A stretch of DNA of 23,033 nt from contig JBCAXK010000023.1 of NCBI GenBank assembly GCA_038534095.1, positions 1 to 23,033 on the forward strand, written 5' to 3'. Each line of letters begins with the position of its first letter. The stretch's first letter is position 1. Positions 7,999-17,285 of the stretch are shown here, piece after piece. The notes beneath the pieces were generated by a model. The model was given only the letters and a program-made list of their open reading frames with translations. It was not told where the DNA came from and did no database searches. The translations under genes were made by a program, and so were the position numbers. Origin of the DNA: Chlamydiota bacterium. GTDB taxonomy: Bacteria > Chlamydiota > Chlamydiia > Chlamydiales > SM23-39.

Positions 7999-9080
7999 AA
8001 TGATTCTACAAAAGCTCCAAAAAGGTAGCGCGCATCATTGGGTCCTGGAGCGCTTTCAGGATGAAATTGCACCGCAACATGGGGTTTTTTTCGATGCATG
8101 ATCCCTTCAACCGACCCATCATTGAGGCTCGTGAAATGGACCTCCCAGTCTAAGGGGAGGCTTTCTGGATCGATGGCCCAACCATGGTTTTGGGCAGTGA
8201 GGATCGCCCGATTTTGCGTATGATCAAAACAGGGTTGATTGTGTCCCCGGTGACCAAAACGGAGCTTATAGGTGGTTCCTCCAGCAGCGAGCGCCATGAG
8301 CTGCGCGCCGAGACAAATGCCGAAGATGGGACGATCTTGCTTGAGCGCTTTTCTTAGCACCTTGATCGTTTTGGTCGCGCTTTTAGGATTGCCTGGACCG
8401 TTCGATAAAAAGATCCCATCAGCCGGGTCGTTTGTATAGTCGTAATCGTAAGGCACTACAAGAATGCGAAGCCCTCTTGCGCTTAAGGAGCGTAAGATAT
8501 TTCTTTTGATCCCACAATCGACAGCGATGATCGTTTTGTCTCCCGATCCAATACGATAAGGCGTTTTCGTGCTAACCTCAGCGATCAGGTCCCGCTCTTC
8601 ACCAAAGGGGGGCTGCAAAAGAGTTTCGAGATCAGGCGGGGTTTTTTCTGAGGATTTTTTTACGCAAAATGCTCCGAAAGATGAACCTTCGTCACGGAGC
8701 ACTTTTGTGAGAGCTCTTGTGTCTACCCCCCACATGATGGGCACATCTTGCTCTTTTAGCCACTCTAAGAGAGATTGCGTCGAAGCAGCGTGGTTGGGAA
8801 CAAAACTCGGCTCCGCAACAATGACCCCACTTGCCTGCACTCGGTCAGATTCCCAATCTTCCTTTGGAGGCACTCCGTAGTTTCCGATGAGGGGATAGGT
8901 GAAGGTGAGGATTTGTCTCCGATAAGAGGGATCGGTCAGCGATTCGACGTATCCGGTCATTCCCGTGGAAAAGACCAGTTCCCCCACAGCTTTCTTTGTT
9001 TGATCTATGGGACAAAACCCTTGAAAATAGCGCTTAGAACAGCCATTTTTTGATGTGGTGAGTAGTACGGCAGAGCTCAT
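7995..9080 (-). CDS. carA: Carbamoyl-phosphate synthase small (glutaminase) subunit
   Basis: GELVFSTGMTGY, LTDPSY, YPLIGNYG, SNGPGNP, GICLG (catalytic Cys), QNHG, QFHPE (His-Glu). Confidence 0.98.
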   Translation of the reverse strand: MSSAVLLTTSKNGCSKRYFQGFCPIDQTKKAVGELVFSTGMTGYVESLTDPSYRRQILTFTYPLIGNYGVPPKEDWESDRVQASGVIVAEPSFVPNHAASTQSLLEWLKEQDVPIMWGVDTRALTKVLRDEGSSFGAFCVKKSSEKTPPDLETLLQPPFGEERDLIAEVSTKTPYRIGSGDKTIIAVDCGIKRNILRSLSARGLRILVVPYDYDYTNDPADGIFLSNGPGNPKSATKTIKVLRKALKQDRPIFGICLGAQLMALAAGGTTYKLRFGHRGHNQPCFDHTQNRAILTAQNHGWAIDPESLPLDWEVHFTSLNDGSVEGIMHRKKPHVAVQFHPESAPGPNDARYLFGAFVESL

Positions 9081-9124
9081 TGCTTATTTGAGTAGTTCAT
9101 TAAGTAGGGAAATAGCAAAGCAAT

Positions 9125-10132
9125 TTATTGCAATCTTTGCAACCATTTGCGTGAATTTTTTCTATTTTGTTTTCGCAAAAGGGCTTTTGTCGTCGATTTT
9201 TCTTCTACCTGCAGTAGATCGGAGATTCCTTGTACCCAATGGCTATCGAGGTTGAGCGCATCTAACCGGTATGCACAAAGCCCCTGTTTTTTTACTAAGG
9301 GAAGGTAGAGCTTTTCGATTTCAAAGAGGGTTTCGATATGGTCTGAGGTGAAACTGAGAGGAATAAACAGTACGTGTTTTCTCCCTTGATGCCACGATAA
9401 AATGGAAGAAGCTGCCTCTTCTGTGTAGGGCTTTAGCCAGGCTCCTGGACCAAATTTCGATTGGTAGCAAAGGCGGGATAGCGCTTTTGGAAAAGCGCTT
9501 TTGATCGCTCTATACGAAGCTTCACACTCCTTTTGGTAGGGATCGGTTTTCACATAACGTTGAGGAATGCCGTGGGGAGAAAAAAAGAGGAGCACTTCCT
9601 CTTCCTGGAGATTGTTGCTGGTGAGAAAGGTGCGGATTTTTTGCTCGTAGGCCAAAGTGAAGCTTTTGTGGTCAGGATAGGAGCGGATCCAGCGGAGTTT
9701 GTCACAGGTAGCTGGGGTTAAGTGCTCGACAAAAAATTGCGCGATGCTCCCTGTCGTTGCGTACGAAAACTGGGGAAATAGGGGCAAGACGGTGATCTCC
9801 TCTTCACTAGCCATCTCTAAGGTTTCTAGGCTTTTTGCGTGAGTTTTGGGAAGATACCGGTGGAACGTGCTGATTTTGATGTCAAGGTCTTGTGCGAGCT
9901 GCCTCGCTAACTCTTCTGTGTCCTCATGAATGGGGGACTTTCCTCCAATCTCTCTATAGTCCTCTTCCACTTTTTTTGCCCGTTTTTTGGCAATCCTTGT
10001 GAAGACAAACTTGTGCCAGCTGCGAGGAAGGCCCGTTCTGAGTACTTCTTGATCACAAAGCAGTTCGATTAAGAATTCGGGGATTTCGAGAAGGGACCTA
10101 GGTCCGCCAAAATTGACAAGCAAGCAACGCAT
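9125..10132 (-). CDS. hemH: Ferrochelatase
   Basis: LLVNFGGP, IGGKSP, LPLFPQFS, FSPHGIP, YQSKFGP..WLKP, FTSDHIETLFEI. Confidence 0.96.
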   Translation of the reverse strand: MRCLLVNFGGPRSLLEIPEFLIELLCDQEVLRTGLPRSWHKFVFTRIAKKRAKKVEEDYREIGGKSPIHEDTEELARQLAQDLDIKISTFHRYLPKTHAKSLETLEMASEEEITVLPLFPQFSYATTGSIAQFFVEHLTPATCDKLRWIRSYPDHKSFTLAYEQKIRTFLTSNNLQEEEVLLFFSPHGIPQRYVKTDPYQKECEASYRAIKSAFPKALSRLCYQSKFGPGAWLKPYTEEAASSILSWHQGRKHVLFIPLSFTSDHIETLFEIEKLYLPLVKKQGLCAYRLDALNLDSHWVQGISDLLQVEEKSTTKALLRKQNRKNSRKWLQRLQ

Positions 10133-10149
10133 CGATTACCATAGGATGT
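10113..10149 (+). promoter_or_regulatory. Putative promoter of the binding-protein gene, -35 embedded in hemH; likely leaderless
   Basis: TTGACA 10113-10118, 18-nt spacer, TACCAT 10137-10142, 7 nt, ATG at 10150. Confidence 0.55.
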
Positions 10150-10887
10150 ATGAAATGGCAGCCTATCAAAAAAGGGATTTTTTTTTCCTTCCTTTTTCTT
10201 TTTGCGTGCGGATCCCCCTCTTCTTCTCTTTGGAAGCTCGGTTTACAAAAAGAACTTCTTGTTCTTCCTGGGTACAGCAAAAATGCGTATTTAGAAGGGT
10301 TTTTACAAGATCTATTACAAGCGATTGCAGAAAAACAGCGCCGCACGATTTCCCTGGTTTTTGGCGAAGAAGACCAGCTTTTCTACCAGCTAGAGGAAGG
10401 GCAGATCGGAGGAATTTTCACCTTGGAGCAAAAAAATGCGCTTCTTGAAGAGCGCTACCACTTTTCTCCTCCGATCATCGATCTCGGGGTCTATCTCATT
10501 GCGCAGGAGGAAAAAGCTCCTAAAGATTCCCGCTTTCGAGAGAAAGTCATCGGCTACTTTGCTAGGCAAGATCACGATCTTCTTGTGACCAAGTATCCAG
10601 AGGCGGTTTTACGCCCCTACGGGTCATACCGCGATCTTTTTGCTGCGCTCGATCAAGGAGAGATCGACGCCGCCGCTGCGAAAAAAGTGATTGCAAGTAG
10701 CTACATCAACGAATTTTATATGAACCGGTTATTTTTTCTGAAAGAGCCCCTTGCTCAGCAGTCTTTGTACCTACTTTCGCTAAAAAATAGCGAACAGCAA
10801 GGGAGGTTTTTAGAGAGAGCGTTTTCTTCGATCCCTCTTCAAGAGTATGAGCGCTTAGAAAAGAAGTGGTCTCTTACGATCCGTTGA
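10150..10887 (+). CDS. Amino-acid ABC-type substrate-binding lipoprotein (family 3, chlamydial FliY-like)
   Basis: Lipoprotein signal ending LFAC; SBP_bac_3-like segments GFLQDLLQAIA, LEEGQI, YHFSPP, ALDQGEIDA, YERLEKKW; adjacent to hemH as recalled for chlamydiae. Confidence 0.8.
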   Translation: MKWQPIKKGIFFSFLFLFACGSPSSSLWKLGLQKELLVLPGYSKNAYLEGFLQDLLQAIAEKQRRTISLVFGEEDQLFYQLEEGQIGGIFTLEQKNALLEERYHFSPPIIDLGVYLIAQEEKAPKDSRFREKVIGYFARQDHDLLVTKYPEAVLRPYGSYRDLFAALDQGEIDAAAAKKVIASSYINEFYMNRLFFLKEPLAQQSLYLLSLKNSEQQGRFLERAFSSIPLQEYERLEKKWSLTIR

Positions 10888-13427
10888 TCTGCAGATCTTA
10901 CGTGATAAAGCTGCTCTAAAATGGTTTCATCTGTAGGGCAAGCCTCTAAAGACCAGATGTTTTTTATGTAATCTTGGATACTTCGATCTGAAGTAAATCG
11001 TCCCATCGATCCAATGTTGTGGAGCGCGTATTCGGCCCACTTGTACCGATCTTGGAAGAGATCTTCCACCTTTTTTTGCGCTTTGTAGTAAGCGGGAAAA
11101 TCTTTGAGGACAAAATGTTCATCGGGCCTTTCGTCGTAGTCCCCCTCAAGAAGCGTTTTTCTTATGTGAGCACAGCACTCTTTTTCAGAAGGATCTTGGC
11201 TGAGCTCATCGCTAATGAGAAAATCGAGCACTTTTTGGAGGAGGGGATCTTGTTTGTAGAGGTCTGTAGGAGAGTAGTGATCACGCGCAGTAGCCGCTGC
11301 AGAAGCGCTCATCCCAAAAAGGAAAGGCCAGTAGCGCTCTCCGACAGCCTCTCGCATCTCAACGTTGGCCCCATCATCTGTGCCGATGGTTAGCGCTCCA
11401 TTCATCGCGAGTTTCATATTCCCTGTCCCCGAAGCTTCTTTTCCTGCTAAAGAAATTTGTTCCGAAAGATCGGCTCCAGGAAGGATCATCATCGTTTTTG
11501 TGACGTTGTAATTCTCTAAAAATGCTAGCTGCAAAGAGCCTGAAGTTCTAGGATCTTGATTGATTTTTCTTGCAATCATGTACGCGATCCGAAGAATCGC
11601 TTTTGCGTTGCGGTATCCTGGAGCCGCTTTTCCTGCTAAAAGGACCATCCGTTTCACAGAGCGGGAGCCTGGATTTTCTCGGAGTTCTAAATAGATCGCT
11701 AGCACATGCAACAGATTGAGAAGCTGCCGTTTGTATTCGTGGATCCGTTTGATTTGGACAGAAAATAGCGCCTCTTCTCCTAAAACCGGGTAATGGTCTA
11801 TAAGAGCGCCTTTTTGATCGCGCAGACGCGCTTCTTTGCGTAAAAAGTCGATAAGCGCCCTTTTCCCTTCCGCTTTGATCGCAAGAAATTGCTCTTGGAC
11901 GCTTCGCTCTGTTGCCCGCTCTTTTAGGCGCTCAATATGGGAAAAATCTTCGACCCATTTTCCTCCAATTTGCTCGGTAATGAAACGGGCAAGTAGAGGA
12001 TTGGCATCGAGGAGCCACTTTCTGTGTGATACGCCATTTGTGACGGCGCACAATTTTTCAGGATACAGGGAAAAAAAATCAGCAAACATTTCTTCTAAAA
12101 TCCTTGTGTGGAGCTCAGCTACTCCGTTGACTTTATGAGATCCGTAGAGAAGGAGGTGGGCCATTTTTACCTGCCCATTTTGAATGATTGAGAGCTCTTG
12201 TGCCTTTTTGTTTCCCTCATTGAAATGGCTACGCACCTGTTTACAAAATGCAAAATTGAGCTGCTGGATGATTTTGTATTGGGCCGGCAAAAGAGTCATC
12301 ACCCGCTCTTCATTCCACTCTTCTAAGGCCTCCTTCAAGACGGTATGATTGGTGTAGCTCGTCATCGCTTGGGTATACTCAAACGCCTCTTCTAAGGAAA
12401 GCTTAGGATCTTGCGCTCTAAGAAGTCGTATCAGCTCGGGAATAACAAGACCTGGGTGAGTATCATTGACCTGAATGCGCACCTTATCGACGAGAGCGAT
12501 GGGGAGATGAGCGGGGGATCCCGCAGTTTCTCCTAAAGCCTGCTGCCTGAGAATATCTTGTAAAGAGGCAGACACGAGTAGAAATTCCTGTTTGAGTCGT
12601 ACTCTTTTCCCCTCATTATGGTGATCGCTTGGATAGAGTACGTCGGTAAGAGAGGTGTTTTCTCCAGCAGGCCCAAATTCGCCTGCGTTGTACCTTTGTA
12701 GAGCAAAGTTACGGGGCGATTCTTTTGTCGACCAAAGGCGCATGGTGATGACAGAAAATGCGGCTTTTTTTGTGGGGAAGCCTACAATCGGGTAGTCGTA
12801 AGGGATCGCCCGCACTTTTTCTCCCCCCTCGAGGATCTCTCCTTCTGCTCCTTGCGCAAAAGCTCCTTTGTACTGCACATGGCAAGCGAGCGCGTCTCTA
12901 CGAAACTCCCAGGGATTTTCTCGTAAAAGCCAGCAATCGGGTCTCTCCATTTGGACGCCGTTCCATAGCTCTTGCTCAAAAATGCCATATTGGTAGCGAA
13001 GGCCGTAACCGATGGCGGGCAGTTGTAACGCAGCCATCGAATCTAAAAAACAGGAAGCAAGTCTCCCAAGACCTCCATTGCCAAGTCCCGGATCGGGTTC
13101 AACGCTGAGCAGCTTTTTCCAGGAGAAGGGGGTTTTTTTGAGGACGGTTTCCACAAGCTCTTTTGCGCCAATATGCAAAATATTGTTGTCGATGAAACGG
13201 CCTGGTAAATACTCCATGGAAAGGTAAAACAATGTGCGGGGCCGCTTTTTTTGTATGGAAAGGGAGCTTGCTGTCCAATGGATCATGATCTCCTCTTTTA
13301 GCGACTGGCAAAGGCTATAGTAAAACTCTTCTAATGAGGCATTTTTTAGGAGCTTGCCATAGTTTGTGAGCAAGTAGCGCTCAATGGTCTTGATGAGAAC
13401 CTCTTCAGGAGAGCGTTGGGTATCCAT
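10839..13427 (-). CDS. glgP: Glycogen/alpha-glucan phosphorylase
   Basis: GLGNGGLGRLASCF, LKQEF, NDTHP, YTNHT, QIKRIHEYKRQ, PLP-lysine motif EASGTGNMK; 49-bp convergent overlap with the binding-protein gene. Confidence 0.98.
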   Translation of the reverse strand: MDTQRSPEEVLIKTIERYLLTNYGKLLKNASLEEFYYSLCQSLKEEIMIHWTASSLSIQKKRPRTLFYLSMEYLPGRFIDNNILHIGAKELVETVLKKTPFSWKKLLSVEPDPGLGNGGLGRLASCFLDSMAALQLPAIGYGLRYQYGIFEQELWNGVQMERPDCWLLRENPWEFRRDALACHVQYKGAFAQGAEGEILEGGEKVRAIPYDYPIVGFPTKKAAFSVITMRLWSTKESPRNFALQRYNAGEFGPAGENTSLTDVLYPSDHHNEGKRVRLKQEFLLVSASLQDILRQQALGETAGSPAHLPIALVDKVRIQVNDTHPGLVIPELIRLLRAQDPKLSLEEAFEYTQAMTSYTNHTVLKEALEEWNEERVMTLLPAQYKIIQQLNFAFCKQVRSHFNEGNKKAQELSIIQNGQVKMAHLLLYGSHKVNGVAELHTRILEEMFADFFSLYPEKLCAVTNGVSHRKWLLDANPLLARFITEQIGGKWVEDFSHIERLKERATERSVQEQFLAIKAEGKRALIDFLRKEARLRDQKGALIDHYPVLGEEALFSVQIKRIHEYKRQLLNLLHVLAIYLELRENPGSRSVKRMVLLAGKAAPGYRNAKAILRIAYMIARKINQDPRTSGSLQLAFLENYNVTKTMMILPGADLSEQISLAGKEASGTGNMKLAMNGALTIGTDDGANVEMREAVGERYWPFLFGMSASAAATARDHYSPTDLYKQDPLLQKVLDFLISDELSQDPSEKECCAHIRKTLLEGDYDERPDEHFVLKDFPAYYKAQKKVEDLFQDRYKWAEYALHNIGSMGRFTSDRSIQDYIKNIWSLEACPTDETILEQLYHVRSADQRIVRDHFFSKRSYS

Positions 13428-13442
13428 AAATTTGTATATAAA

Positions 13443-14855
13443 TCAAACGTAGATCGCTTTCAAGAGATAGAAAATGACGATACTGAAAAAAGCGCAAAAA
13501 GGGATGGTGACGACCCAAGAGAGGACAATATCTCGCAGGGTTTTTAGATTGAGCGCTTGTATCCCTCTTGCTAACCCCACACCTAAGACCGCTCCAACAA
13601 GAGAGTGCGTTGTGGAGATGGGGATGCCCAATTTTGAAGCGAGTAAAATGGTGCTCGCCGCTCCAAATTCTGCAGAAAAGCCTCTCGTAGGGGTCAGTTC
13701 TGTGATTTTTTTCCCAATGGTTTCAATCACCCGCCATCCCCAGGTAGCTAGACCGATGACGATCCCTATGCCTCCTAAAAATAGGATCCATAAGGGCACC
13801 TCGGTACTTTGCACAAGCGTTTTACTGCGAAGCACCTGAACAACAGCCGCGACAGGGCCAATCGCGTTCGCAACATCGTTGGCTCCATGAGCAAAAGCGA
13901 CAAGCGAAGCGCTAACAATCTGCAAGACCACAAACATTTTTTCTACCGCTCGAAATGGGGAAGAGCTTTCTTGGAATTTGGTCGTTTTTTGCACTTTTTT
14001 TGATAAACTCTGCACGCGGGTGAGTAAATCTGCGACCTCATCGTGGGTAGAGGCTTTTGTTGAGAGCTTGACTCTTTGTAGGTGTTTCGCCGCCTTTTCA
14101 AGCCCGATCACATGTTGCGGATTGTGGTAAGGAGCTTTCAGCTCACCTCCAGGCATATAATGGAAGAGAAAGGCGCTAATCACCGCAAAAAAGGCGCCTG
14201 CGCTCACCGAAAGTAGGAGCGCCGTTGGAAAATCGATCGCAAGGTGCAAATTTTTGAGACCATCAAAAATAATGGCTAAGCTCAAGATCGAAAAGCAAGC
14301 AAACACAAGGAGGGGAGCTACTTTTTTCGTAGCAGCCAGAGGATTTTCTCGATAAAAAATTGACCGCTGGAGAAAGCGGAATACAAGATAAGAGATCAGC
14401 CCACTTAAGAGGGGAGAAGTGACCCAACTCACGGTGATCTTCACGATTTCGAGCCAGTAAATGGCGTTCATTCCTCCGATTACTCCTCCGAAGCCTAAAA
14501 TGGCTCCTACGATCGCATGAGTTGTTGAAACGGGCATCCCAAAATAGGAAGCGAGTTGTAACCAAAGGCCGGTAGAGAAGAGCGAAGCCATCATGCCAAT
14601 CACAAAGATGATCGGATTGGCAGAAAAAATCTCAGGATCTACGATCCCACCTTGAATGGTTTCTGAGACATGGCTCCCTACAAAAAATGCGCCACAAAAC
14701 TCCAAAACTGCCGCGAGAATGACCGCTCTTTTTAGCGTAAGAGCTTTTGAACCAACAGAAGTTCCCATGGCATTGGCAACATCGTTAGCTCCGATATTCC
14801 AAGCCATGTAAAATCCTACAAGAATGGTGAGATACTTGAGGAAGATCAGCTCCAT
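13443..14855 (-). CDS. pit: Inorganic phosphate transporter, PiT family
   Basis: Two signature copies GANDVANA and P(V/I)STTH; multiple TM segments. Confidence 0.96.
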   Translation of the reverse strand: MELIFLKYLTILVGFYMAWNIGANDVANAMGTSVGSKALTLKRAVILAAVLEFCGAFFVGSHVSETIQGGIVDPEIFSANPIIFVIGMMASLFSTGLWLQLASYFGMPVSTTHAIVGAILGFGGVIGGMNAIYWLEIVKITVSWVTSPLLSGLISYLVFRFLQRSIFYRENPLAATKKVAPLLVFACFSILSLAIIFDGLKNLHLAIDFPTALLLSVSAGAFFAVISAFLFHYMPGGELKAPYHNPQHVIGLEKAAKHLQRVKLSTKASTHDEVADLLTRVQSLSKKVQKTTKFQESSSPFRAVEKMFVVLQIVSASLVAFAHGANDVANAIGPVAAVVQVLRSKTLVQSTEVPLWILFLGGIGIVIGLATWGWRVIETIGKKITELTPTRGFSAEFGAASTILLASKLGIPISTTHSLVGAVLGVGLARGIQALNLKTLRDIVLSWVVTIPFCAFFSIVIFYLLKAIYV

Positions 14856-14861
14856 CGTATT

Positions 14862-15542
14862 CTACTTCAACTCCAAAATCATCCGGATGCGGTTGGCCAA
14901 TTTTTCTGATAAATTCGACAAGCTGGCCAGTTCTTTGAAAAGGGAGCGCCATAAGTAAAAGCTTGCATTAGACAGCTGATCGGCTTTGCGAAAGAGCTTT
15001 TTGACAAGGGCGTATTGCAGGATATCTACTTCGTGTTCGCAGTAGGCGATATGATCGATCATCTTACGGGTTTTTTGGGCTTCAACGCCTCCAAAGGAGG
15101 CAGCTACGAGCGCTTGGAGCTGCTCGATCAACTGGCGGACTAGGGAAACAGAAGCAAGATTTTTTTCCCGAAACTCCTGAAAATCTTTTTGAAAGGCAGA
15201 GTAGAGATCCAAAGGCTTAGCGGAAAGAGTCGCTGTGATCGCAGCATCTTCTATCTGGTTAGCAATTTCATCTTGCAATTCCAAAATGTGCAAAAAATCT
15301 TCCCGATTGATGGGTAAAAGAAAGCTTTTGGGGAGATGAACGCGGATATCGTGTTTTGTGAGGTCTGCTTCATGCTCCAAGTGGGAAATATGCTTCGCTT
15401 GTTTCTCCACTTCCTGAAGATCTCCCTCGTCAAGCGCAGCGAATAAGGATTGCAACCCCTCCATACAAAGGAAGACTTTTTCCATATGTGTTTGCAAAGG
15501 AGCAAAAGGGGATTTCCCAAAGAGTTTCGCGATGGTAAGCAT
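14862..15542 (-). CDS. DUF47 / TIGR00153 PhoU-like phosphate transport regulator
   Basis: LFGKSPF.PLQ.H, LEHEAD, LP..F.LPI.REDF, EHEVD; directly upstream of pit. Confidence 0.92.
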   Translation of the reverse strand: MLTIAKLFGKSPFAPLQTHMEKVFLCMEGLQSLFAALDEGDLQEVEKQAKHISHLEHEADLTKHDIRVHLPKSFLLPINREDFLHILELQDEIANQIEDAAITATLSAKPLDLYSAFQKDFQEFREKNLASVSLVRQLIEQLQALVAASFGGVEAQKTRKMIDHIAYCEHEVDILQYALVKKLFRKADQLSNASFYLWRSLFKELASLSNLSEKLANRIRMILELK

Positions 15543-15576
15543 ACTTGTAAGTATAGCGGCTTGTTTTATTTTACAA
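15543..15576 (-). promoter_or_regulatory. Putative leaderless promoter of the DUF47-pit-glgP operon
   Basis: Minus strand TATACT (15555-15550), 7 nt, ATG; TTGTAA (15576-15571) upstream but at a suboptimal 15-nt spacing; no SD. Confidence 0.5.
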
Positions 15577-15626
15577 AAGTGGACACTTTACGAAGATCTT
15601 TTAAGCGCCTTAAGTCAAAGAATTCT

Positions 15627-15794
15627 ACCTGCTTTTCTATAAAGAGCTCTGCCTAATCGAAAAAGTAGCGCCCTTTTCATCCCAAAAGTCTACGCAGCAT
15701 AAGAACGCATTTTACCAAAAGGTGCCCGTTTCTATCCCGCTGCGCTCTTTTTTCTCTAAGCGCTCTACTGAGGGCTCTATATAGAATCTTAGGT
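15627..15794 (+). other. Rod-like fold-back of about 168 nt with central bubbles (candidate structured ncRNA or degenerate MITE)
   Basis: ACCT/AGGT; TTCTATA 15635-15641/TATAGAA 15780-15786; AGAGCTCT 15643-15650/AGGGCTCT 15771-15778; AGCGC/GCGCT; CGCAGC 15693-15698/GCTGCG 15739-15744; GCATTTT/AAGGTGC apical stem. Confidence 0.6.
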
Positions 15795-15824
15795 CATGAG
15801 ACAAAAGCCTCGATAAGGCAAGAG

Positions 15825-17111
15825 TTACAGAAAGACACGGGAGATTTCAATCAAATCGGAGCGATAATGCTCGCGCAAGACTTTGCCACTCTCTTGAGCA
15901 AAGTACATCTCCTCTTCAATACGGCTTATATAGTAGTTTTTGGAGGATCTATTTTGAAGAAAATGCACAACCTTTTCTCCCTGCTCAATAGCAAAGTTCG
16001 CTCCTCCTCCTGTGGCTGGGTCGACTGTCTGTAAAGCGTCTCCTAAGGCGATGACGGACATAGATCCCACCTCGTGTATGGGCTTCTCCAATCGATCCGA
16101 AGTGCATTCGAAGTACTGATACCCTTGGAGTGGTTTTGCCAAGGAACATTCAAAAAAACCAAAATTTTCCATTCCAAATATCCAAGAAATGCAAGCAACC
16201 ACATTGATTCTTGCTCTACTAAGCTCCCCCCAGTACTCGAAAAAATTCCGGACCCTTTTGTCTGCCTGATGATAAGCTGTAGCAAGGCGTTTACTTCTTT
16301 GTTTGTTGTATCGCTGCTTTGCGGCCTGACTTGCTTGGATCAGTTTCTTAAGATGGGCGCTTTTCTCTTTGTTTAGGGCAAACCCTAGGAACTGCGCTCT
16401 TGGCAGATTGGCGATCAGACCGCTCCGCAAAATTCTTTTGGGATTTTTGAGACCTTCATTCTGAAATAGATAATAGCCCAAGTAGATCAAGAGGTAGTAG
16501 ATTGTTCGAAAAAAACGGAAAGTGGCTACTCCGACCCGGGAAAAGCCTTGTAAAGGGGAGCGATCATAGATGGCGTAGCACAAAGGGGCTTTGGGCATAT
16601 AGGGAATACGCCGAAGGTGGAGCAGAGTAGTTAAGTGGCTATTTGCTCCTTCTGCGTTCACAAGGATTTTCGGAAAAGGAAGTGTTCTCGTTTCTCCTTT
16701 TCTATTGGCAACGGTTATGCTCTGGTCTTTTTCAGAAATTGCTGTAATGGATCGTCCATAATCGATGGCGCACCTAGGATGATTTTTCTCAATATGCTCC
16801 CGAAAAGCCCTTTCAAGATCGGAAATGCTGATATAGCAGTCTTGTAGGCGCTGCTCTTTCAGGATAGGGGCGATTTTTTTTTGCTGAAGTAGAGCGTCAT
16901 AGACTCCTATTTTTTCCATCCAACGCAAAGAACTCTGCGCAAGCCTAATTGGGTTTTGTCTCCCCTTATCATTTTTTTCCCTTGCTTCAAGGAGGTGTAT
17001 GTTGTTGAATCCCTGTCTTGCAAGTCTGATCGCAAGGGCGCAGCCACCGATGCCTGCTCCGCTGATGTAGATGGGCTCGTTTGTGTCTATGGGGCGTGTT
17101 GTCATGCTCAT
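15825..17111 (-). CDS. FAD-dependent monooxygenase-like flavoprotein (aromatic hydroxylase fold), substrate unknown
   Basis: Rossmann IYISGAGIGG...LLEAR, DG-like motif LVNAEGANS, GD motif ALGDA..VDPATGGGAN. Confidence 0.85.
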   Translation of the reverse strand: MSMTTRPIDTNEPIYISGAGIGGCALAIRLARQGFNNIHLLEAREKNDKGRQNPIRLAQSSLRWMEKIGVYDALLQQKKIAPILKEQRLQDCYISISDLERAFREHIEKNHPRCAIDYGRSITAISEKDQSITVANRKGETRTLPFPKILVNAEGANSHLTTLLHLRRIPYMPKAPLCYAIYDRSPLQGFSRVGVATFRFFRTIYYLLIYLGYYLFQNEGLKNPKRILRSGLIANLPRAQFLGFALNKEKSAHLKKLIQASQAAKQRYNKQRSKRLATAYHQADKRVRNFFEYWGELSRARINVVACISWIFGMENFGFFECSLAKPLQGYQYFECTSDRLEKPIHEVGSMSVIALGDALQTVDPATGGGANFAIEQGEKVVHFLQNRSSKNYYISRIEEEMYFAQESGKVLREHYRSDLIEISRVFL

Positions 17112-17190
17112 ACGGAAAAGTACCTATTTTTCTTATAAATGATTTCTCTTAAAAAGAAGGCAACGATGGGATTTGTTGTTACCTACAAAT

Positions 17191-17254
17191 GGGACAAGTA
17201 GAGAGCCTCTCCCAAAAATCGGCTGCTTTTGGGGGACCTTTTGCCGCGCGTCCT
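17191..17254 (+). other. Stem-loop in the spacer upstream of the monooxygenase (possible terminator of 17286..18350)
   Basis: TCTCCCAAAA 17208-17217/TTTTGGGGGA 17227-17236; outer GGGAC/GTCCT. Confidence 0.5.
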
Positions 17255-17285
17255 TTAGGCCAGCTAAGCGGCCCGTAGCCCTCTT

